DNA of 64,000 bases from Candidatus Bathyarchaeia archaeon (GTDB lineage: Archaea > Thermoproteota > Bathyarchaeia > Bathyarchaeales > Bathycorpusculaceae): contig JAVZLM010000001.1 of assembly GCA_038883775.1 (NCBI GenBank), forward strand, positions 96,001 to 160,000, given 5' to 3'. The first letter of the stretch is position 1, and each line of letters opens with the position of its first letter. The translations under genes were made by a program, and so were the position numbers. This document shows positions 1-9,065 of the stretch, one piece after another. Under the pieces are notes generated by a model that saw only the letters and a program-made list of their open reading frames with translations, did no database searches and was not told where the DNA came from.

Positions 1-1
1 G

Positions 2-763
2 ATTCTAAGCGAACTCGAAAAAGAAGGCATTAAAGTTGAAAAGGTTAAAGAACTCAAGCACACATACAATGTTTTAAGTGCAAAACAACCTTTAACCCGA
101 ACAAAAAGTTTCAGAGATGGCTTATTTTACATTCAAGACAAAGCAAGCTGTTTCGCAGCCGAAGCCGCAAACCCAAAACCTGGAATGACAGTTTTCGACG
201 TTTGCGCCGCGCCAGGAGCCAAAACCACCTATTTAGCTCAGCTGATGCAGAACCGTGGCTTAATTTATTCCATAGATTATTCGAGGCGTAGGTTGACTAT
301 TTGGAAAAATGAAGTAGCCCGCATGGGCGTTAAAATAGCTGTGCCGGTTATGGCTGATGCTTGTAACCCTCTGCCCTTTTCAGTCGAGGCGGATGTTGTG
401 GTTTTAGACCCGCCATGCACAAGCACAGGCGCCTTTGGAAAATTGCCATCCGCCAAGTGGAGGCTTACAAAACGTTCAATTGAGAAAATGGCTGAGATTC
501 AGTGGCACATGCTGAACAATTGCGCTGAAAAAGTAGAGCCCAACGGCACATTAATCTATTCTACGTGCAGCATAACAGTGGAAGAAAACGAAATGCTCAT
601 CGAAAAATTCCTAAAGTGGCATCCAGAATTTTCGCTAGCTGAAATAACGCCGAAAATTGGCTTGCCAGGCTTAAGGGGAATGGAAAAATGCCAGAGGCTT
701 TATCCATACATCCACCAGTGCAACGGCTTCTTCATAGCAAAACTGTTAAGGAGCAGCACCTAA
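2..763 (+). CDS. RsmB/NOP2 (Sun) family RNA m5C methyltransferase, 5' end outside window
   Basis: Open frame from base 2 (..FYIQDKASC..). Motifs DVCAAPGAKT, LDPPCTSTG and YSTCS. Confidence 0.9.
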   Translation: MLSELEKEGIKVEKVKELKHTYNVLSAKQPLTRTKSFRDGLFYIQDKASCFAAEAANPKPGMTVFDVCAAPGAKTTYLAQLMQNRGLIYSIDYSRRRLTIWKNEVARMGVKIAVPVMADACNPLPFSVEADVVVLDPPCTSTGAFGKLPSAKWRLTKRSIEKMAEIQWHMLNNCAEKVEPNGTLIYSTCSITVEENEMLIEKFLKWHPEFSLAEITPKIGLPGLRGMEKCQRLYPYIHQCNGFFIAKLLRSST

Positions 764-776
764 AGGAATGTAAGAG

Positions 777-1070
777 GTGGTCGGCTTGAAAAGCTACAAA
801 TTAATTGGAAAGGTTGTGAAGGTTCAAGGCGAATGCGTTGCTGGACACCATGTTGGCGAGGAATTCGATTTTACATTATTTTCAGAGGAGAAGGATAAAA
901 TTCACAGAACACCACAAGTTTGCGGCTTCCTCTACGATGTTCTCTTTCCATATTTGGTTACTTTGCAGTTCGGAGGCTCTTTTCCATGGGAAAAAGATAA
1001 GGACAAATTCACTGTTGGTTGTCCAGACAACTACAAAGTAATTGTTGAAATCAGAAAAGTTGAAAAATAA
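777..1070 (+). CDS. TIGR04076-like small Cys-containing protein
   Basis: Pattern GECVAGHHVGEEF..CGFLY..GCPD, 97 aa. Confidence 0.7.
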   Translation: MVGLKSYKLIGKVVKVQGECVAGHHVGEEFDFTLFSEEKDKIHRTPQVCGFLYDVLFPYLVTLQFGGSFPWEKDKDKFTVGCPDNYKVIVEIRKVEK

Positions 1071-1082
1071 CTTGCCTTTTGG

Positions 1083-1997
1083 CTACTTATGCTTTCTTGC
1101 TTTTTCTATTCCACAAAGAACTTCAAATATGACTTTTGCTGCTTGAACTGCTGAAACTCCTCGGTCATAATTTGGCGTCACTTCTACAACATCAAAGCCA
1201 ACAAGGCGTTTGTCGCATATGTCACATAAAATGTCAAGTAAAGTATGCATTTCCAATCCTTCAGGCTCTGGGTTTTGGACTGCTGGCGCATAGGCTGGGT
1301 CAAGCACATCCATATCCACTGATAAGTAGATGCTCTCATATTTTGCCAATTTTTCCTCTAACTTTTTCATTATAGTTTTGCATCCTTCCCTTCTAATTTG
1401 TTGCGTTATGAAAAATTCTATTCCAGCCCTTTTTGCGTAGACAAGTTCTTCTTTGCAGACTGCCCTCGTGCCAACCTCGATTATGGTGGCTGGTTTTACC
1501 TTTTCGTTTATTCTTCGCATAAAAGTCGTGTGAGAAAGCTTCAAGTCCATAAACTCGTCACGTAAATCCAAGTGTGCGTCAAAGCTTACTAATGCTGTTT
1601 TTGAAGCCTTTTTTCCGAGGCCTCTCATGATGCCTAAAGTTATTGTGTGTTCTCCGCCTATGGTTACGGGCGTTTTTCCAGCATCTATGATATCTTTTAT
1701 GACTGTAGCAAGCTTTTCCAAAGTTTTCTCCGTGTCAGTTGATATGTGCAAATCGCCTAAATCATGCAATTTTAAATCTTCCATATCTAAACCAGTGCGA
1801 AAACTGTAAGTTTCAATGTTAAGCGATGCTTGTCTAATGGCGTTTGGTGCAAACCTTGCCCCAGTTCTATACGTGCTTGTAACGTCAAAGGGAACGCCCA
1901 AAACTATGTAGTCTGCCTTTTCAAAAGGTTTTTGGAAACCACTAAAAACGTTTGGTTGTGAAACAAAAAGTTCATGATAACTCATTTTAACACTCAT
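1083..1997 (-). CDS. speB: Agmatinase (ureohydrolase family)
   Basis: Motifs GVPFD, GGEHTIT, FDAHLD, SVDMDVLDP and VEVTP. Confidence 0.93.
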   Translation of the reverse strand: MSVKMSYHELFVSQPNVFSGFQKPFEKADYIVLGVPFDVTSTYRTGARFAPNAIRQASLNIETYSFRTGLDMEDLKLHDLGDLHISTDTEKTLEKLATVIKDIIDAGKTPVTIGGEHTITLGIMRGLGKKASKTALVSFDAHLDLRDEFMDLKLSHTTFMRRINEKVKPATIIEVGTRAVCKEELVYAKRAGIEFFITQQIRREGCKTIMKKLEEKLAKYESIYLSVDMDVLDPAYAPAVQNPEPEGLEMHTLLDILCDICDKRLVGFDVVEVTPNYDRGVSAVQAAKVIFEVLCGIEKARKHK

Positions 1998-2072
1998 CCG
2001 TTTATGAGCCTTATTTTCCTTAAGGAGTTCTAAACACTTTCGCTTGGAATAAGACGTTATTTTGTCGTAGGT

Positions 2073-2420
2073 TCAGTGTTGCTGTAACGTGTTAAGGATT
2101 TGTTGTAAACCCTTGATTTTTCGCCCTTTATAAATTAAGGTTGGCGTCGCGTTAACGCCCTCTAATTTTGCCTTAAGCCGCATAGTTGAGCTCGCAAAAG
2201 TAAGGTCAATAACTTTATAATTTAATCCAGATTTTTCTAAGGCTTCAACAGCCTTTCCATCTTCTTCGTTAAGGATAAAATGTGTTTTTGTTGCTCTGTA
2301 GCCACCACTACACCCGTGATCATGGAGAGGTTTTGTCCACTGGACTTGTTCAATTTTCTCCGACTTTACAAATAGAATTGCTTGTTCTTCCAACAAAACC
2401 CCCAAAATGTTAATAAACAA
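2073..2420 (-). CDS. Hypothetical protein with glutaredoxin/thioredoxin-like C-terminus
   Basis: GVNATPTLIYKGRKIKG resembles the cis-Pro region of glutaredoxins. No CxxC. Start uncertain. Confidence 0.55.
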   Translation of the reverse strand: MFINILGVLLEEQAILFVKSEKIEQVQWTKPLHDHGCSGGYRATKTHFILNEEDGKAVEALEKSGLNYKVIDLTFASSTMRLKAKLEGVNATPTLIYKGRKIKGLQQILNTLQQH

Positions 2421-2469
2421 AAGTTAAACTTAAGCTTTAAGTGTTTTGTTTCGCAACAAAAAGTTCATT

Positions 2470-2988
2470 ATGACTCATCTATTTTCTTTTTCTTTCAGCC
2501 TCATTTTCACAGCTTTAAAAATATAAGATTATAGCTAAAACTGCGGTCAAACTGCAAAATCGGTAGGTAATACTGTAAGAACTATAAGGAAGTAACATGC
2601 CAATGAATAGGTTGCCTGTTAAAGAATAGAATGTGATTCATCTCCTCGTAGAGGAAGGAGTCCAAAAACACTGTAAATAAACGCTAACAAAAGATGTAAA
2701 CATTATTTTCTGAAAGAAGATTTTTGAGAAATCCCAAAGACTGTTAAAACTGTCTACTGCGCTCCTTAGTGGATAAATGATTATGGCTACCAAAACCGCC
2801 AATATTGATGCGCTTAAATAAGTGGAAAAAGCCATGAAGCGGATACCCGTACATGTGAAAATACATGACATAAAAGGTTTCCGAATCTGGTATCACGCTT
2901 GCCACAAGAAGAGTTGGCAAATCAAAATTGCTGATAAGGTTAAGCCAAAAAGAAGTGCTGGACCCAAATGAAAGGGTGTGAAAGGCAA
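2470..2988 (-). pseudogene. Frameshifted membrane-bound metal-dependent hydrolase (MPFTPFHLGP-type)
   Basis: TTG at 2988 gives MPFTPFHLGPALLFGL. FDLPTLLVASVIPD..YPLHGFFH and YLSASILAVLVAIIIYPL follow after frameshifts. The 3' end is approximate. Confidence 0.75.
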
Positions 2989-3066
2989 TCACTTAAGTAA
3001 ATATTATGAGAACATTAAATTTATTAACAATGGCGTCATCCACTTTAGGTTAAAAGGCGGTTATCC

Positions 3067-3423
3067 ATGTCAATTAAGTCTAAACTTAAAATGGAAAACA
3101 TTGGAATTTTTTTAGCCATCGCTTTTTACGCTGTTGCCGGAGTAATATCCTTTATTGTTTTGCCCATAGCTGATTTTCCCCCTCACATTGGCATAATGGG
3201 AATTTTAAGCTTGATAACTGCATATGGACTGTTTAAAAAGCGGGTTTGGGCGGTTTGGCTTGTTGTTATGTTATTCTTTATAGCCACAACATTTTCAGCG
3301 TGCATGCTCTACTTTTATTTTGGAAAAGATCTCATCATTGACATAAGCATGTCTGCCTACTTGATTTTAACATGGATTTTCACAGCGTATGCGGTGGCGA
3401 AAAGAAAGAATTTCGAAAGTTAA
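3067..3423 (+). CDS. Small multi-pass membrane protein
   Basis: 118 aa with about four hydrophobic segments. Confidence 0.75.
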   Translation: MSIKSKLKMENIGIFLAIAFYAVAGVISFIVLPIADFPPHIGIMGILSLITAYGLFKKRVWAVWLVVMLFFIATTFSACMLYFYFGKDLIIDISMSAYLILTWIFTAYAVAKRKNFES

Positions 3424-4655
3424 CGCTTTAATAATTGCACTTGCACTTCTTCGCCAGCGTCAACAAACTGTTGTTTTTCGCTTATTTCTACAAAACCGTC
3501 AGCCTTTGCAAGCGTTGTAATAGCTCCAGAAAGCCCTGTTGGAACTGGTTCAGCCACCAGTCTATTTGATTCGTCACGCCTTAACTTGACCATTATGAAT
3601 GTTCTTCTGCCCTTTGCTGGAAACATCCTCATAGCAGCCAAAGCTTTAACCTTTAAAGGTTTTCTCATTTTTCTTCCAGCCATTTGCTGGATTATTGGGC
3701 TTACAATTAAATGAAAAATTAACAGCGCAGAGGTTGGATGTCCAGGAAGGGCGAAAACAATTTTTTCATCGATAAGCGCAACTGTTGTTGGCTTTCCAGG
3801 TTTTGTTGCCATTCCGCAGATTATGACGCCTGGTTTTCCGAGGGAGTTTAATGTTTGCGGAACCACATCCTTAGGTCCAATGGAGACCCCGCCAGAAGTT
3901 ATAACCATGTCCGCGCTGACTAAAGCGTTTTTTAATGTTTTCTGCAATACAGTCACGTCGTCTGGTAAAACGCCAAAATAGACTGGTTTTCCGCCACTTT
4001 CCAGTACGGCTGCGCTTAGGCTGTAAGCGTTTATGTCATAAATTTTTCCTGGAGGAAGTTTTTCGCCCGGTTCTGTTACTTCATTTCCTGTGGAAAGGAC
4101 TGCCACCTTTGGGATGACGTAAACTTTAACCTTGGCTATTCCAATTGAGGCTAAAATGCCTATTTCTCGTGAACCCAAAACTTGTCCAGCTTTTAAAACA
4201 GTTTCGCCTTTTTGTATGTCTGCGCCTGCTTTCATGACATTTTCGTTTTTTGTTACCGCATTGTAAATGTAAAGATTATCGTCTTTGCGTTCTGTTTGTT
4301 CAAACATTAAAACGGCATCTGCGCCTTCTGGTAGAGGTGCGCCTGTTGCGATTTCTGCTGCTGTGCCTTTTTTGACAATTATTTTTGGAAGTTCTCCAAC
4401 ATTTACGGTTCCGCAAATTTTCAGTTTTATTGGCTTGTTTTCTTCTGCGCCGGAGGTGTCCTCTGCTTTTACAGCGTATCCGTCGACTGTTGAGCGATTG
4501 AAGGGCGGAATATCCATTTTTGCGGTTATGTTTTCTGCAAGAACTCTGTTCCAAGCCTCTAAAAGCCGTATTTCCTCAATGCCCAAAGGCTTTGGTTTAA
4601 AATGTTCGCTGATAACCTTTTTTGCCTCTTCCAGCGTTATGAGTTTTCTAAACAT
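3420..4655 (-). CDS. moeA: Molybdopterin molybdenum/tungsten transferase MoeA (copy 2)
   Basis: Motifs PPFNRSTVDGYA, STGNE, SGGVS, KPGKP and LPGHP. Start placed at MFRKL, overlapping the upstream stop. Confidence 0.93.
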   Translation of the reverse strand: MFRKLITLEEAKKVISEHFKPKPLGIEEIRLLEAWNRVLAENITAKMDIPPFNRSTVDGYAVKAEDTSGAEENKPIKLKICGTVNVGELPKIIVKKGTAAEIATGAPLPEGADAVLMFEQTERKDDNLYIYNAVTKNENVMKAGADIQKGETVLKAGQVLGSREIGILASIGIAKVKVYVIPKVAVLSTGNEVTEPGEKLPPGKIYDINAYSLSAAVLESGGKPVYFGVLPDDVTVLQKTLKNALVSADMVITSGGVSIGPKDVVPQTLNSLGKPGVIICGMATKPGKPTTVALIDEKIVFALPGHPTSALLIFHLIVSPIIQQMAGRKMRKPLKVKALAAMRMFPAKGRRTFIMVKLRRDESNRLVAEPVPTGLSGAITTLAKADGFVEISEKQQFVDAGEEVQVQLLKR

Positions 4656-5898
4656 CTTCATCCACCAAGTCCACATAATCAAATAGGTGTACTGAAACTG
4701 TTTCTCCCTCTTCTAAGCCCTCTCTGTTTTCTGGAACCACAACATACCCATTAGCCCTTGTCATAGTTGAAATTATTCCAGAACCACGAGCGCTCATGGG
4801 TTCTGCGAAAAGTTCGCCATGACGCTGGAAAACATGGACACGCACAAATGTTTTTCTTCCCAAAAATGTGCCGATTCGTCTAGTCATTTTTGCCTTCACC
4901 ACTGGTCTGCGTTCTTCCCGCTTTAGTCCAAGCATCCTGCATATCAACGGTCTAACAAAAACTTCAAATCCAATCATTGCTGCAACAGGATTGCCCGAAA
5001 GAATGATTATTGGCTTTCCATTTGCTATGGCAAGGGCTGTAGGCATGGCTGGACGCATAGCCACTCCATGCACGATAACGCCTGGCTTTCCAATTTTGTT
5101 GACGGCTTCTGGAACAAGGTCTGAGGCTCCAACGCTTGTTCCACCAGTTGTTATAACAGCATCCGCCTTTTCAAGCCCCGCTCTTAATTTCTCAAAGATT
5201 TCATCCGCATCGTCTTTTGCAATTCCTAAATCTATGGGTTCGGCGCCCAACTCGTGGCATAGGTTTGAGAGAACAAGCCTATTTACCTCGAAAATCTGGT
5301 CTTCTTTTGGTTTTTCGCTTATCTCTACAAGCTCGTTTCCAGTGGCTAAAATGGCGATTTTTGGTTTCTCAAAAACCTTAACTTTAACGTTTCCCAAAGC
5401 AGCCAGCAAGCCTAAATGATGAGGTTTTAGACGGATCCCAGCTTTTAATGCCACTTCGCCTTTTGAAATGTCCTCGCCTTTCTTTGAGATGTTTTCGCCA
5501 GGCGTCACTGAAGTCCAAACTTCAATTTCCATGTCAACTTTTTTAGTGTTTTCCAGCATGACAACAGCGTTTGCACCTTTCGGAATCGGGGTTCCAGTCC
5601 AAACTTGTTTTGCTTCTCTATTACCTATCTCGTCTCTATTGGTTATGCGGAGGATTTTTGGCTTAAACTGAGAAGCTTCAACAGTATCTTCAGCCCTAAC
5701 GGCATATCCATCAACGGCGGAGCGGTCAAACCTTGGCAAATCTTCTCTGGCTCTTATATCCTCAGCGAGAACACTGTTCAAAGCTTCATGCAAAGGAACA
5801 ACAACTGTTTTCAAATTTTCAATTTTTAAATTGCTAAAAAACAGTTGTAATGCTTCTTCTATGGTCGTGAGTTTTTGAAATCCCCTCAACCTTACCAA
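4648..5898 (-). CDS. moeA: Molybdopterin molybdenum/tungsten transferase MoeA (copy 1)
   Basis: Motifs PRFDRSAVDGYA, ATGNEL, TGGTS, RPAMP and SGNP. TTG start inferred. Confidence 0.93.
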   Translation of the reverse strand: MVRLRGFQKLTTIEEALQLFFSNLKIENLKTVVVPLHEALNSVLAEDIRAREDLPRFDRSAVDGYAVRAEDTVEASQFKPKILRITNRDEIGNREAKQVWTGTPIPKGANAVVMLENTKKVDMEIEVWTSVTPGENISKKGEDISKGEVALKAGIRLKPHHLGLLAALGNVKVKVFEKPKIAILATGNELVEISEKPKEDQIFEVNRLVLSNLCHELGAEPIDLGIAKDDADEIFEKLRAGLEKADAVITTGGTSVGASDLVPEAVNKIGKPGVIVHGVAMRPAMPTALAIANGKPIIILSGNPVAAMIGFEVFVRPLICRMLGLKREERRPVVKAKMTRRIGTFLGRKTFVRVHVFQRHGELFAEPMSARGSGIISTMTRANGYVVVPENREGLEEGETVSVHLFDYVDLVDEDV

Positions 5899-5954
5899 AA
5901 AGGCACCCATAAACACCATTGCAGAGAATATAAAAAACTTATCTAACAATAACG

Positions 5955-6821
5955 CTATGGTTTTCCGAGCTCTTTTTGGAGAATATCACGCATTTTAATG
6001 GCGTCCAAATCCAGAATTGGGCTTTCGCTTATTATAACTGGGTTCAGTTTGTATTCAGCTATGACTTTTGCAAGCATTTTGAAGTCTGGTCCATAATCAA
6101 CTTCGTCCATTACGTGATGGCATTTTTCACCCTTGTCCGTGAATTCCACCTTTGTGAAGTGGCAATGCATATTTTTGACCGCGTCTGTTCCAAGGCTCTT
6201 TTCAATTTCCTCTACAATTTTGCGAAAATCGTCTATGGTTTTTAAGCGTCCTTTGTCTCGGGCGTGCAAATGCGCCCAATCAATTACTGGTTGAGTTTGT
6301 TCCACTTCTTCACATAAGCTTAAGATATCATCTAGGCTTCCAAACTGGGATGGTTTACCCATGGTTTCTGGCCCAATTTTAACACTCTCTATTCCCAAAT
6401 CTTTCAGCGTTTTAACAGTTTCTCTTATGGCTTCTAAGCAGTTTTTAAAAACTTCATTTTGAGGTTTTTTGCCGTAAAATCCGGGATGAAAAACTACAAT
6501 GTGAGCGTTCATCCATGAGGCTGCGGTTGCGCAGGCGATTAGGCGTTGTTTGCTTGCTTCTATTACATCTTTTCCGCCGCAGAAGTTTATGAAATAAGAG
6601 CCATGCAAACTAAGCCAAACATCCTTTTCTTTTGCTTCTAAACCAAGCTTTTCTGCTTCTTCCCTCTTAATTTGTGGTTTTGCACCCCAGCGAACAGCTT
6701 GGTACTCGAAAGCGTCAAGTCCCTCCTCGCGCAAAAGTCTCGGGACATCTGATAAAGCTGCCTTCATCATTCTGAATGTGGGAGGAACTCCTGCTGGACC
6801 AAATCTGGGGCGGTCAGCCAT
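5955..6821 (-). CDS. nfo: Endonuclease IV (AP endonuclease, TIM barrel)
   Basis: Motifs RFGPAG, HGSYFIN, FHPG, ETMGK, DWAHLHAR and ISESP. Confidence 0.88.
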   Translation of the reverse strand: MADRPRFGPAGVPPTFRMMKAALSDVPRLLREEGLDAFEYQAVRWGAKPQIKREEAEKLGLEAKEKDVWLSLHGSYFINFCGGKDVIEASKQRLIACATAASWMNAHIVVFHPGFYGKKPQNEVFKNCLEAIRETVKTLKDLGIESVKIGPETMGKPSQFGSLDDILSLCEEVEQTQPVIDWAHLHARDKGRLKTIDDFRKIVEEIEKSLGTDAVKNMHCHFTKVEFTDKGEKCHHVMDEVDYGPDFKMLAKVIAEYKLNPVIISESPILDLDAIKMRDILQKELGKP

Positions 6822-6838
6822 TTAAAACCCTATAAACA

Positions 6839-7666
6839 TTATTTTTTCTTGTACCGATAACCTTTTCGAGAGTATTCTCCATAAATTAAGACTGTTATGG
6901 CGCAAATCCAAGCCGCAGCGTTTTGAAAAGCCAAATATTTTCCAACATTATCTGAATCCGCTAAGGGCTTGATTACGATTCCAAAGTTTAAGACGAAGTT
7001 TCTGAAGGTTGGGGCGGCAGATAATAAGGCATTGTTTACGCCTGAAAAGATTGCGCCGATAGGCGCTAAGGTTTCTGCTGTGCCTTTTACAAAGTTTAGA
7101 AGTGATGGGTTGTTTTTATAGGCATTTGATATTGTTCTGTAAATCAGTTGTGGATAGGCTAAAAGCGAAACTATTAAAACGAATGCTGAAAAAAGCAAGA
7201 AAACGGTTAAGGCGCTTTTTATTGTAGCTCTTGCGAAATGAATTTTCTGCCATATGTACGCTATACTTTTAACACGCAATAATCCGCCCTTTACTTTACC
7301 CAAAAATTTTGTCTCCTTCTTCCTTTTTGTAGGCTGAGTTTTTCCCTTTGCGGTTTCAAGAGGCTTTACGGTAATATGTCTTGTTAAATAAGTCCAACTT
7401 GCGACTAGCGCAATTATAACCGCAATGGGGACTAAATGAAATAGAGGGCTTATAGCAAGCGTTATTGTCCAATCTGTTCCAGGAAATTGGAGGCTAAATT
7501 GTAGGGGGGTTTCGTTAACTCCTAGGTTTATGGCGTAAAGAACAACCACATACTCAAGCAAGGCTGCTATTATTAGAAATAGGATTATGGCGGTTAACCC
7601 CTTTAATGTTGTCCATCGAACCATTAAACGTTTTTGCGGTTTCTTGGTTGACAATGACTTCACCAT
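6839..7666 (-). CDS. Hypothetical multi-pass membrane protein
   Basis: 275-aa ORF with about four TM segments, co-oriented with nfo. Confidence 0.75.
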   Translation of the reverse strand: MVKSLSTKKPQKRLMVRWTTLKGLTAIILFLIIAALLEYVVVLYAINLGVNETPLQFSLQFPGTDWTITLAISPLFHLVPIAVIIALVASWTYLTRHITVKPLETAKGKTQPTKRKKETKFLGKVKGGLLRVKSIAYIWQKIHFARATIKSALTVFLLFSAFVLIVSLLAYPQLIYRTISNAYKNNPSLLNFVKGTAETLAPIGAIFSGVNNALLSAAPTFRNFVLNFGIVIKPLADSDNVGKYLAFQNAAAWICAITVLIYGEYSRKGYRYKKK

Positions 7667-7762
7667 TAGCTTACGCCTTTAATGTTTTAAGTGTTTGAAA
7701 TATTAATGTTCTGATTAAAAAACGTGCTGCTAATAACTGCAAAAAGTTTTTGCGCCTAATTT

Positions 7763-7948
7763 TTATGACAGTGGAAATTCATGTCCACATTTTGGGCATT
7801 TAGCCATTCCGCATTGTACCGAAGAGGGGCATCCCGAACATGCAAAAGCTCTACCATAAGTTATGTTGAAGGCAAAGCCACATTTTGGGCATTTCACCAT
7901 GGATTTTGATTGTGTCTTCATTATTTTCACTTTCTCACAATCAACCAC
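7763..7948 (-). CDS. Small zinc-finger (CPxCG) protein
   Basis: CPKCG..CSGC..C..CPKCGHEF. The start may be a downstream ATG. Confidence 0.75.
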   Translation of the reverse strand: MVDCEKVKIMKTQSKSMVKCPKCGFAFNITYGRAFACSGCPSSVQCGMAKCPKCGHEFPLS

Positions 7949-8084
7949 TCAATGGATTTTTAAAAACCTTTCTTGAGAAGCGTCGCCTTTTTATTCGAAA
8001 ATTTTAACAATACTTGAACGTTAATATTATGGTTTAAGCGTATACACAAGAGTGTTCGCGAGAAGGAGATAGTCTGGGAATAGG

Positions 8085-9062
8085 ATGCAGAAGCCAAATA
8101 AGATTGAACGGATGGAACTTTACAGAGAGCGTAATACGCAAGCTTTTCTAAGTAAATTTTTAAGTGGTGAAATAAGCGAGCTTGAACCCGTTTATGACCC
8201 CAAACTTGGTTATCGTTATCCCCTTGTTGAAACCATTCTTGGTAATGCTTCTGAAGTTGAACCCTTCCTAAACAGACTTTTTGAGGCAGGTATACTCAAC
8301 AAAAGACTTTATGATAAAGTAATTTACTGTCCAAAATGCGACTCTGCAAACATCTCTATCCATTACTGTTGTCCATACTGCAAATCCTTTAACATTCAAA
8401 GAAGCGCTTTAATTGAGCATGTTAAATGTGGTTACATGGATGTGGAGGAAAACTTCAAGAAAGGCAACAAGCTTGTTTGTCCAAAATGCCACGAAGAATT
8501 GAAGAGGTCTGACGTTGATTATAGAAAGGCTGGAACATGGTGCACCTGCAAAGATTGCACTAAAAGCTTCGACATTCCCATAGCCGCCCATTTCTGCAGA
8601 GATTGCCATGCAAATTTCACTTTTGAAGAAGCTGTAATTAAGGATGTTTACGCTTACAGCCTCAACGAAGAGGTGAAGGAAGAGGCAGCTTTAGGCTGGG
8701 TTATAATTTCTCCCATAAGAGAATTTCTCATAGAAAACGGGTTTGAAGTTGAAAGCCCAGCCTTTGTGAAAGGCAAATCTGGAGCAAACCACATGTTTGA
8801 CATTGCAGCCTACTTGAAGGATGAGAAGCATAAAATAACAGTAATTGACATAGCCACATCCACCGAAAACGCCGTTTCAGAGCAACCAATAATTGCCCTT
8901 TTCGCCAAAGTTTTCGATGTTTCCCCAGAAAGCGCCTATTTAATCGCAATTCCAAAACTGAGCGAAAACGGAAAAAAGATGGCAGAGCTATACAATATTA
9001 CGGTGATAGAAGCGAAAAACCAAAAGGAAGCAATAAAAGCCTTAAAAGAAAAAATGCTCTGA
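8085..9062 (+). CDS. TackOD1-like multi-Zn-ribbon protein with C-terminal restriction-endonuclease-like (PD-D/ExK fold) domain
   Basis: CPKC, CPYC, HVKC, CPKC, CKDC and CRDC array, then GKSGANHMFDI. Confidence 0.75.
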   Translation: MQKPNKIERMELYRERNTQAFLSKFLSGEISELEPVYDPKLGYRYPLVETILGNASEVEPFLNRLFEAGILNKRLYDKVIYCPKCDSANISIHYCCPYCKSFNIQRSALIEHVKCGYMDVEENFKKGNKLVCPKCHEELKRSDVDYRKAGTWCTCKDCTKSFDIPIAAHFCRDCHANFTFEEAVIKDVYAYSLNEEVKEEAALGWVIISPIREFLIENGFEVESPAFVKGKSGANHMFDIAAYLKDEKHKITVIDIATSTENAVSEQPIIALFAKVFDVSPESAYLIAIPKLSENGKKMAELYNITVIEAKNQKEAIKALKEKML

Positions 9063-9065
9063 AAG

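Noticed and set aside
3420-5898. Tandem moeA duplication as a novelty
   Set aside because: Two adjacent MoeA paralogs are common in archaea.
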